From Pseudomonadota bacterium (lineage in GTDB: Bacteria > Pseudomonadota > Alphaproteobacteria > Micavibrionales > Micavibrionaceae): 64,000 nucleotides of DNA. The position numbers and the translations under genes are program-made. The notes below the pieces were generated by a model that saw only the letters and a list, made by a program, of their open reading frames with translations, had not been told where the DNA came from and searched no databases. Location of the stretch: contig JAKQEE010000052.1 of NCBI GenBank assembly GCA_029558635.1, positions 204,860-268,859 on the forward strand, given 5' to 3'. Positions 29,010 through 36,479 of the stretch are shown here, one piece after another. Position 1 is the first letter of the stretch. Each line of letters starts with the position of its first letter.

Positions 29010-29690
29010 ATGTCTCTCATGTCCGCATCATCTGCTCTGCGTAAAGCTGCTTATGCCTTGCCGCTGGCGTTTGCTTTGGCTGCGGGAACGGCGAGTGCCG
29101 GTGGGTTGGATGCAGGAACATGCTACAAGCGCCCAGTTGTTGCGAGCGTCATGGGTGATGAGTCCCAATCTATGCTTATGGCTGGGAATAGAGATGCATC
29201 GGAAGTAGAAAACCGCAACGCAAATGCGTTTTTTATGAATGATGATGGCTCAGGTTATGTGATTGAAGGGGGCGCGCCGTTGGGTGTCAAGCCATCGCCG
29301 GACAGCAAGTCTTGCGTAGCCTACGCTTTTAATCATGGACACGCATACAACCCTAATGATCCTATGCCTGCGTGGGCAAAGAAGATTAAAGCTGTTGGTA
29401 GTGCTGATATTCAGAAATCATACAAGAATGGGGCGCGTATTATTTTTGGGGCACGAACCTACTCCGTGGGAATGGATGGGAAAGAGGTTCCTGGGAAGCA
29501 TCTGGTTGTGTTGAAGGCTGGTTCTGAGGCCTTTGTATGGACAGTTGATCCTGAAGGTATCCCAGGTGTGGGGTTTGAAATGAAAGATGTTCAAATTTTG
29601 CCCAAGATGGCTGAGTTGATGAACAAACCTCCGGCAGTATCTTCTGTCGCGGGCGACACGGTTGCTATGGCATCTCCCACAGTCAGATAG
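29010..29690 (+). CDS. secreted hypothetical protein
   Basis: Signal peptide ...ALPLAFALAAGTASA. 226 aa with no recognisable motif. Confidence 0.55.
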   Translation: MSLMSASSALRKAAYALPLAFALAAGTASAGGLDAGTCYKRPVVASVMGDESQSMLMAGNRDASEVENRNANAFFMNDDGSGYVIEGGAPLGVKPSPDSKSCVAYAFNHGHAYNPNDPMPAWAKKIKAVGSADIQKSYKNGARIIFGARTYSVGMDGKEVPGKHLVVLKAGSEAFVWTVDPEGIPGVGFEMKDVQILPKMAELMNKPPAVSSVAGDTVAMASPTVR

Positions 29691-29700
29691 TGTTTTGAGA

Positions 29701-30807
29701 TTAGAAAAAAGCGGACTGCATTGAAGCAACGTTTGTTGTGTTGGCGGCCACTTGGCGGTTTGATATGGGCGTTTGATTGAGTTGTGGGGGGGGCTCTGAA
29801 TTGGATTTGATTCCCGAGTGTTGGTTGAAGGATTTTGTCGGGTTTTGGTCGGCTGTGATCTCGCAAGATGCACTCATGGCAAATTGTGGTGAGTTACTGG
29901 TGTTGGCGCAGGGCAACTTTGCATCATCTGCTCTTTCAGATGTTGAGTCTTTTTGAGAGCCGTTGCGTTGTGTTATGTTTTCAGATGTTAGAGTTTGGAT
30001 GTGTCCGGATTCTTCATTTTCTGCCCGATGATCCAACCAATTCACTTGGTCTTGTGTTAACAATCCATCGTGGATCATTTGTTCGCGTTGTCTTTGTTTT
30101 TCTGCTTCGCTAAGGCTGGGGTCGGCCATCATGTTGCGGTAGCGGAGCATGTTTTTATAGAGTTTCTTCTTATCCTTTGGATCGGCAATGCCTTGATCGA
30201 CCATATCGTCGAACGTGTTGTCCCAGTTATCAAGCATATTGTCCAAGCTATCGACGATGTCCAGAACAGAGAGGCTTCTACCATCTGCCGTTCTAATACG
30301 CTGATTGCTCAATATATCCCGATCTTGCTGGCTTAGTTCTTTCCGCTGTTGTTCCATTTTTTCTTCGTGGGCGTCGATCATGGCTTCGGCGAGGGAGGCT
30401 TCGAGTCTCTTTTGTTTCTTTTCTTCTTCGCTCAGGCCTGCGAATTCGTCGAACAGGTCGTCGAGATAGCTAAAATAATTGTTGGTGCGGTTTTCAACTG
30501 CGTAGCCGTTGATGGTCGGGTCGTTGGCCTGAACCAATTGGTCGGGATTATATTGTTCGTAAATTCGTTCGGCTGCACGGTTGCTGTTAGGGGAGAATGT
30601 GCTCAACACTTCTCCGACAGACATATTTGCAATCGAGGGATCTTCGCCTTTGGGTGACGGTTCGGGAGCTGCGGCGGTTGTTTCAACTCCGAGCTCCAGA
30701 TTCTCATCGGTCGCATTATCCGCGACCGGATTGTTCCGTTCTAAGACTGCCATTTTCTCCCCCCGGAGAAGTCTTGTTATTTTGAAGTCCATAGAGCGTT
30801 GGCCCAT
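29701..30807 (-). CDS. hypothetical acidic coiled-coil protein
   Basis: A 368-aa ORF rich in D/E/Q/N with coiled-coil-like stretches (EEEKKQKRLEASLAEAMIDAHEEKMEQQRKEL). A likelier start is M19 at 30753, which follows GGGGGAGAAA. Confidence 0.55.
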   Translation of the reverse strand: MGQRSMDFKITRLLRGEKMAVLERNNPVADNATDENLELGVETTAAAPEPSPKGEDPSIANMSVGEVLSTFSPNSNRAAERIYEQYNPDQLVQANDPTINGYAVENRTNNYFSYLDDLFDEFAGLSEEEKKQKRLEASLAEAMIDAHEEKMEQQRKELSQQDRDILSNQRIRTADGRSLSVLDIVDSLDNMLDNWDNTFDDMVDQGIADPKDKKKLYKNMLRYRNMMADPSLSEAEKQRQREQMIHDGLLTQDQVNWLDHRAENEESGHIQTLTSENITQRNGSQKDSTSERADDAKLPCANTSNSPQFAMSASCEITADQNPTKSFNQHSGIKSNSEPPPQLNQTPISNRQVAANTTNVASMQSAFF

Positions 30808-31300
30808 AAGATCTTCTTACAGGTTATTTATATATGAAAAATATTGATGACAAATTAAGATTGGACAGAATCCAATATATTTTTATGAAAATATATTGGG
30901 AGTCCGTCTCTATAAGGGGCTGAGAAACAGCCTACATATTTATAATATATCAATAGTTGATAGATTGCAATATATTTTTGCATCTCTATCCTATTGATAT
31001 TCAATAAAATATCAAAAAAGATTGATTGAAATATGTGCGGCTCGTTGGATTTTTGGCAAAAAAGGATCAGCATTTTCATGTTGGGTTACGGTTGGCAGCA
31101 GATGGCTGTTCTTGACAATGTGACCGGACTGACAGATGAGGCTGCTTTGAAAACCAGTGGAAATTTGGTTGTATAGCCTTGGAAATAGATGGTTTGCGCA
31201 TTTGGGGATAGAATGGGCCTAATAGAATCCTCCAAAGTGATAATGTACTTTACGAATGGTTCTTATCAGAAAAAGCGAACATAAGGCTGGGCCTATTAAG

Positions 31301-31632
31301 TGGTGCGGGCGGGGGGACTTGAACCCCCACAGGCCTTGCGGCCCTACGGATTTTCTTACCATCTACGGCTTTCGCCGCGCTCGTGAGTCACGAGTTTGTG
31401 GTCTGGACTATCCCTTCACCGTTGCAAAGTTCTTTGCTCTAGGTGCTGCCCGTCTAGTCTCTACACCTTCCTTTAGCCCGTTAGGGCTTTAGGCTTGGCT
31501 CGGGATTGCCATGGGCTGCTCGCCAGCCTGTAAGGTTTCCCCGAATTTGAGCAGTTCTGCATCAAAGGTTTCCCGATGAGCACTCAATATTTTGTCTAAG
31601 TCCGTTGCGTCTACCGATTTCGCCACGCCCGC
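31301..31632 (-). tRNA. tRNA-Leu(UAA) interrupted by a group I intron
   Basis: The 5' exon runs 31632->31598: GCGGGCGTGGCGAAATCGGTAGACGCAACGGACTT. The 3' exon runs 31354->31301: AAAATCCGTAGGGCCGCAAGGCCTGTGGGGGTTCAAGTCCCCCCGCCCGCACCA. Joined, they give a canonical 89-nt class II tRNA. The acceptor stem is GCGGGCG/CGCCCGC, the anticodon stem is ACGGA/TCCGT, the loop is CUUAAAA, and the variable arm carries a GCAA loop. Confidence 0.9.
31355..31597 (-). ncRNA. group I intron (IC3-like), 243 nt, no ORF
   Basis: Core blocks on the minus strand are CAAATTCGGGGAAACC (31549-31534), ATGGCAATCCCGAGCCAAGCC (31512-31492), GAAGGTGTAGAGACTAGACGGGCAGCACCT (31470-31441) and GGGATAGTCCAGACC (31414-31400). 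GACTA/TAGTC forms P7. A GCGGC-GAAA-GCCGT hairpin and a terminal G are also present. Confidence 0.85.
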
Positions 31633-31688
31633 TTATATTTTGAGGCATTATCTATAACCTCTAATTGACTTTGGGCCAAGAGTAAATT

Positions 31689-32876
31689 TCAGGTATCTGA
31701 TTGTTTTTGCGTGTCATTTTTTACAGGATTTACTCTGCGAACATTGATTGCGGCGGCATTAATACTTGTCTTGATGTGGGAAGCGTAGAAATTCTCGATC
31801 ATTTCGACGCTGGTTCGGCAGTTTTTAGCTATCTGGTAAATATCGGCTCCCTCCATCAGGCGAAGGCAGATATAGGTATGCCTGAGGCTGTAGGCTGTCC
31901 GGCGGCGGCCCTCGCGGTCAAATTTCAAATTTTCCTCTGTGAGGATGGCGTTGAACAGCTCCCGATGGGTCTTAGGGAAGATCAGGTCTGTTTTTTGCGG
32001 ATTGTTTCTCTCAATAAGGCGTTTGAATGGGAGGACTGCTCCCGTCATGCTTTTGCAATAGCCAACCCCTCGTTTACCTCTCACGCTAATTTCAAGAATT
32101 GTCTCGCCTGTGTCCAAGTCCTCGACAATTTCTACGTCACGATATTCGAGGCGTGACGCTTCGTCAGGGCGCAGTCCGGTATTCGCCATGAACAATACAT
32201 AGTCATGTAATTGCTCCGATTCCCATTTGTAACGGGGGCGGGTAGGGTGATGCGCTCTTTTCCGCGTGGCTTCATAGAGCTGCTTATATTCTTCGGGGGA
32301 AAACCATGCGCGGTGAGAGATTTTGGCTGAGGCACGGTATGGCTCCGAAAAATCCGGAAGATGATCCAGCCAGTCATGCCGTAGGGCCGTTTTGAGAATC
32401 TGCCGTAAGGCGACGATTTCTTGGTGGATGGTATTTCTCGCGGGAGGCTTCCCCCATTTTGCCATGGCTTTTTCGCGGCGATGGATTCTGTATTCCTGAA
32501 TAAGGCCCGCTGTGATCTCGGTCAGTCCCTTATTCCCGAAAAAGGGAAGAAGGTGATTTTTGATTCGAAGGTTTTGTTGTTCGACGTGGCGCTTGCTGCG
32601 CTGACCTTCGGTTATCAATTCGTATTCCCGTACAAAAAGGTCGGCGGCTTTTTTGAAGGTCTTTTCGTTCTTCAATTCTCCGCTGCGTTTCTTGTTGTGG
32701 AGATCAAGGAACCAGTCTTCGGCAAAGTCTTTTGCTTTGGCGAGACTTTCTTCTTTTGTACTGGTGCGCCAGTTCTTTCCGTTCAGATATGTAGAGCACT
32801 GCCAACAGGTGCTGTTCTCTCTTTTATAAACATGGAGCTTTCCGCCCATGAGGGAGTGTTTTGCTGTGTATGCCAT
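31689..32876 (-). CDS. int: tyrosine-type site-specific integrase
   Basis: 395 aa. The catalytic pattern is TGLRPDEASRL (Arg), AYSLRHTYICLRL (HxxR) and the terminal NFYASH (Tyr). It lies adjacent to a tRNA gene. Confidence 0.9.
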   Translation of the reverse strand: MAYTAKHSLMGGKLHVYKRENSTCWQCSTYLNGKNWRTSTKEESLAKAKDFAEDWFLDLHNKKRSGELKNEKTFKKAADLFVREYELITEGQRSKRHVEQQNLRIKNHLLPFFGNKGLTEITAGLIQEYRIHRREKAMAKWGKPPARNTIHQEIVALRQILKTALRHDWLDHLPDFSEPYRASAKISHRAWFSPEEYKQLYEATRKRAHHPTRPRYKWESEQLHDYVLFMANTGLRPDEASRLEYRDVEIVEDLDTGETILEISVRGKRGVGYCKSMTGAVLPFKRLIERNNPQKTDLIFPKTHRELFNAILTEENLKFDREGRRRTAYSLRHTYICLRLMEGADIYQIAKNCRTSVEMIENFYASHIKTSINAAAINVRRVNPVKNDTQKQSDT

Positions 32877-33003
32877 AATTCGCCCCTATGTGTCATTTTG
32901 TGTAAGACTTGTGTAAGTCTAAAATAGGGTGAATTTCATGTCAAATTTGATGCTAAATATTTGAATTCATTATATTTATAAATTATGTATTTTTGTTCTT
33001 TTA

Positions 33004-33045
33004 AGATTTTAAGTCTGCTGCGTCTACCTGTTTCGCCACGGGGCC
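33004..33045 (-). pseudogene. intronless 5'-half fragment of a second tRNA-Leu(UAA)
   Basis: The reverse complement is GGCCCCGTGGCGAAACAGGTAGACGCAGCAGACTTAAAATCT. This covers the acceptor 5' strand, the D arm, anticodon stem GCAGA, an uninterrupted loop CTTAAAA and the first 3 nt of the return strand, after which homology stops. It matches the spliced form of the intact gene at 33 of 41 positions. Confidence 0.7.
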
Positions 33046-33089
33046 AAAAGTCTGAATCTTTTAGCGGTAAAAGGTCGGGGTTTCAAGTG

Positions 33090-33422
33090 TCATAGCACCG
33101 CGAGAATGTTGTTTAGAGCTTCGCGGCCTTTATCGGTCAGAAAAAGTTCCTTTTTGCGGCGTTCGGTCTCGGAAATCTTCATCGTGATGAATTCATAAGG
33201 AATCCCTTTCTGGCGGTAGCTTGAAAGGGCGCCGACTATCCTTGAAACCGTCGAGAGGGCCAGCCCCGTTTTTTCAGAGAGATCGGTTAAGGAGCAGCCT
33301 TCGTTGCGGGCGATTTCGGATAGGCAAATGGCGTATTGGATTGGGAATTCGGCGTCAATTCTCTGCAACTGGGAGAGAAGGGCTAACAGAGTCTCATTCT
33401 TCTTTGTATCGAGTTGTGTCAT
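33090..33422 (-). CDS. MarR-like winged-helix transcriptional regulator
   Basis: 110 aa. The segment CSLTDLSEKTGLALSTVSRIVGAL followed by a wing (ISETERRKKELFLTDKGREAL) fits the MarR wHTH layout. Confidence 0.7.
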   Translation of the reverse strand: MTQLDTKKNETLLALLSQLQRIDAEFPIQYAICLSEIARNEGCSLTDLSEKTGLALSTVSRIVGALSSYRQKGIPYEFITMKISETERRKKELFLTDKGREALNNILAVL

Positions 33423-33779
33423 CAGGGGGTGTTGCGTTTTTTCGGGTTTCGTCCCGGAGAACCGACCACGGAGTCCAGATGATCTGTGTTTTCGGCAAAT
33501 CCAGTATTACCTCTTTATTCCATTTATTGATAGATGGCAACAGTTTTGAATCGAAAAATGTTGATATTTCGATATAGAGTGCCCCCACTCTGTTCATTCT
33601 GATGTACATAGCCCACTCAATTCCTTGTAAAACCCAATACCGCAGCCTTAAGCATGTATCTTCTCAAGAGATTGTTAATTTTTTGATAAATTTAAATGCA
33701 CCTATACAACTAAAGGTTATATATCCTAAAGTGATATATGTTGAGGTTGCTTTTATCTATTCGGCTCTATCCCATTTTT

Positions 33780-34361
33780 TTATATAGTAATTATTGATTT
33801 GTGGTAAGAAATATTATTTTCATAATTTAGCATTTTTGCGCATATTACAAGTTCGTTAAGGTTTTTTATTACAATCGGTGGGTGTGAAATCACTTTCTTT
33901 CCCTGAGGGGTCTGTAGCACAATACAGGATAGGCTGTGGGCTGATTCCAGAGATAGGGTCAGGCAAGCCTGCGGCAAAAAAGCCGATCCGTCGAGCCGCG
34001 CCATAGAGATGTCGGTCGCTCCAAACGTGGTGTCCAGAAAATTGCAGCCCAGAAGGTCGGAGTAGCAGAGGCAAGTGTCGATCATTCGGGCGCCGGAAAA
34101 ATTGCAGTGTTTGAGGACGCTTTCCGACATATTGGCGCCGGTCAGGTCGGCGTTTGTAAAGTTGGCGTGCATGATGTGGGCGTTGTCAAGATTGGCCCCT
34201 TTGAGACTTGCGCCGGTCAGGTCGATTCCGTCGAGTATAATCCCTTCCTGAATAGCTGTTTCCAAGGCGGCGCGAAGGGTCGGATGCTCTCCGGCATAGA
34301 GAAGTACACCCGTGCGGGTGGTTAGTTTTTGTTCCATTTCTTTCTCCCAGTTAGGTTTCAC
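33780..34361 (-). CDS. pentapeptide-repeat protein
   Basis: The tandem A(D/N)LXX repeats are easily read: IDLTGASLKGANLDNAHIMHANFTNADLTGANMSESVLKHCNFSGARMIDTCLCYSDLLGCNFLDTTF. 193 aa. Confidence 0.85.
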   Translation of the reverse strand: MKPNWEKEMEQKLTTRTGVLLYAGEHPTLRAALETAIQEGIILDGIDLTGASLKGANLDNAHIMHANFTNADLTGANMSESVLKHCNFSGARMIDTCLCYSDLLGCNFLDTTFGATDISMARLDGSAFLPQACLTLSLESAHSLSCIVLQTPQGKKVISHPPIVIKNLNELVICAKMLNYENNISYHKSIITI

Positions 34362-34640
34362 GGTGGACGCGGGCTGCCAGCCTGGTCTGCTGGACAGCGT
34401 CGCGTTCCTCCACTATAGTCTTTCAAATTTGTGCTTGGACGTCGTTGTTTCTCTCCTAGCTTAGGTTTACTAGGCGTCGTCGCTTACGTCCGGTCCAAAC
34501 GCAAATTTATTTGACTATATTTTTTCTCATGTATTGCTCTTCCCCAGAAGATTTTTAGTATCAATACATGATATATATCAAGTTTCTATAAAGAGACTTT
34601 ATCAATATGTCAACTTTTTTTGTGAAAATGGCTGTTTTCT

Positions 34641-36479
34641 ATGGCTGAGGAGCCTCTACCGGCGATGTTTCAGGAAGGTGTTGCGGTGATCCGTGCCGAA
34701 GTTGCGCGGATCGGCGGCGGGCCGGGCGTTTACCGGATGATCGGCGAGGCGGGGGATGTGTTGTATGTCGGTAAAGCCAAATCGCTTAACAAGCGGGTAG
34801 TGAGTTATACGCGGCCTTTGATGTTGCCGATCCGCTTGCAACGGATGATTGCGGCGACGCGGTCGATGGAATTTATCACGACCCAAACCGAGTCGGATGC
34901 GTTATTGCTCGAAGCCAATCTGATCAAAACATTGAAGCCGAAATATAATGTTTTGCTCAAGGATGATAAATCCTACCCTTATATTCTGATGACGGATGGA
35001 GAGTTTCCGCAGATTTTGAAATTTCGTGGGCGGCCTGCGAAAGACGGAACTTATTTCGGGCCGTTTGCCAGCGGGTTGGCGGTCAATGAAACTCTGGCAG
35101 TATTGCAACGTGTGTTCCGGTTGCGGAATTGTACGGATGCTTATTTCTCTGCGCGGAAGACTCCGTGTCTTCAGTATCATATCAAGCGGTGCACGGCACC
35201 TTGTGTCGGGAAAGTCTCGGCGGACGAGTATATGCGGCAGGTGAGTGATGCTCGCGATTTCCTCAAAGGTAAGTCGCGCGAGATTCAGGAGCGGCTTCAA
35301 AAGGAAATGATTACGGCCAGTGTGGATGAAAATTTTGAATGGGCGGCGTATTTGCGCGACCAGATTAAAATGCTCACGCAGATTCAGGGGCGGCAGGGGC
35401 CGGATGGCGTGTCTGTCGGAGATGCGGATGTGGTTGCGCTGGTGGTGCGGGAGGGGCAGGTTTGCGTTCAGGTTTTCTTTTATCGCGGAGGACAGAGTTT
35501 CGGCAACCGCGCTTTCTTTTTCGAAGCGGTCGATGGAAGCGGCGATGCTGAAATTCTCTCAGGCTTTATGGCGCAATATTACGAGGGAAGGCCTGTTCCG
35601 CCTGTTGTTTATTGTTCGTTGAAGCCGAAAGAATCTGCTCTTTTGCAGGAGGGGTTCGGGTTTGATGTGAAAGTGCCGCAACGCGGGGCGCGGGCCGGGC
35701 TGGTAGCGTGGGCGGTTCAAAACGCGGAGGAAGCACTGATACGGCATTTGCTTCAGAGGGGAAGTATTGCCAAAACGATGCGTGGCGTGGCCGATTTGTT
35801 CGGGCTGGACGATATTCCGCAGCGGATTGAAATCTATGATAACTCGCACAGCGGCGGGACGAATATGGTCGGGGCGTTTGTGGTGGCGTCGCCCGAAGGG
35901 TTCGAGAAAAAAGCGTACCGCAAATTCAATATCAAGCAGGCGGCTGCGTCGGACGATTACGGGATGATGCGCGAAGTTATGCTAAGACGGTTTGCTAAAA
36001 TTGATCCCGATCATATTGAAGAGGTTAGGGAAACTTGGCCGGACTTGTTGTTGATCGACGGCGGTGCGGGGCAGTTGGGTGCCGTTCTTGAAGTGTTGGA
36101 TGAGTTGGGGTTGTCCGATCACCTTACTGTGGTCGGTATTGCCAAGGGCGAAAAACGAAATGCCGGGCGCGAGAAATTTTTTATGCGCGGGCGCGAGATG
36201 TTTCAACTTCCCGTCAATGACCCTGTTCTTCACTATCTGCAGAGGTTACGCGACGAAGCGCATCGTTTTGCCATCGGGTCGCATCGTGCGCGACGGGATA
36301 AGGTGGCGGTGGGGAGTAGGCTCGATGAGATCCCCGGAATTGGCGGGAAACGCAAGAAAGCTTTGCTTCTCCATTTCGGGTCAGTCGAGGCGATTATGGG
36401 CGCGCGGGCCCAAGACCTTGAAAAGGTTGAAGGTATTTCAAAGGCTTTGGCTGAGCAGATTTACTGGTTTTTTCATTAG
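34641..36479 (+). CDS. uvrC: excinuclease ABC subunit C
   Basis: The GIY-YIG N-terminus is GVYRMIGEAGDVLYVGKAKSLNKRV. A UVR domain, endonuclease V-like domain and (HhH)2 C-terminus follow. 612 aa. Confidence 0.95.
   Translation: MAEEPLPAMFQEGVAVIRAEVARIGGGPGVYRMIGEAGDVLYVGKAKSLNKRVVSYTRPLMLPIRLQRMIAATRSMEFITTQTESDALLLEANLIKTLKPKYNVLLKDDKSYPYILMTDGEFPQILKFRGRPAKDGTYFGPFASGLAVNETLAVLQRVFRLRNCTDAYFSARKTPCLQYHIKRCTAPCVGKVSADEYMRQVSDARDFLKGKSREIQERLQKEMITASVDENFEWAAYLRDQIKMLTQIQGRQGPDGVSVGDADVVALVVREGQVCVQVFFYRGGQSFGNRAFFFEAVDGSGDAEILSGFMAQYYEGRPVPPVVYCSLKPKESALLQEGFGFDVKVPQRGARAGLVAWAVQNAEEALIRHLLQRGSIAKTMRGVADLFGLDDIPQRIEIYDNSHSGGTNMVGAFVVASPEGFEKKAYRKFNIKQAAASDDYGMMREVMLRRFAKIDPDHIEEVRETWPDLLLIDGGAGQLGAVLEVLDELGLSDHLTVVGIAKGEKRNAGREKFFMRGREMFQLPVNDPVLHYLQRLRDEAHRFAIGSHRARRDKVAVGSRLDEIPGIGGKRKKALLLHFGSVEAIMGARAQDLEKVEGISKALAEQIYWFFH

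Larger units (their letters stand above)
28832..33045. mobile_element. composite tRNA-Leu-associated genomic islet (integrase, intron-bearing tRNA-Leu, orphan genes, tRNA-fragment repeats)
   Basis: It is bounded by a tRNA 3'-end-like repeat (28832-28850) and a tRNA-Leu 5'-half fragment (33004-33045). It contains a tyrosine integrase, AT-rich spacers and two orphan genes, and is wedged between the housekeeping genes thrS and uvrC. Confidence 0.45.

Noticed and set aside
31078-31179. 33-codon ORF (MLGYGWQQMAVLDNVTGLTDEAALKTSGNLVV) in the spacer downstream of the tRNA-Leu 3' end
   Set aside because: It is too short, has no ribosome-binding site and has no recognisable motif. It may be a gene remnant, but this is unsupported.
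31256-31492. 78-aa + strand ORF in the ORF track
   Set aside because: It lies entirely antisense to the tRNA-Leu 3' exon and the group I intron core. It has no ribosome-binding site and is explained by the RNA gene.
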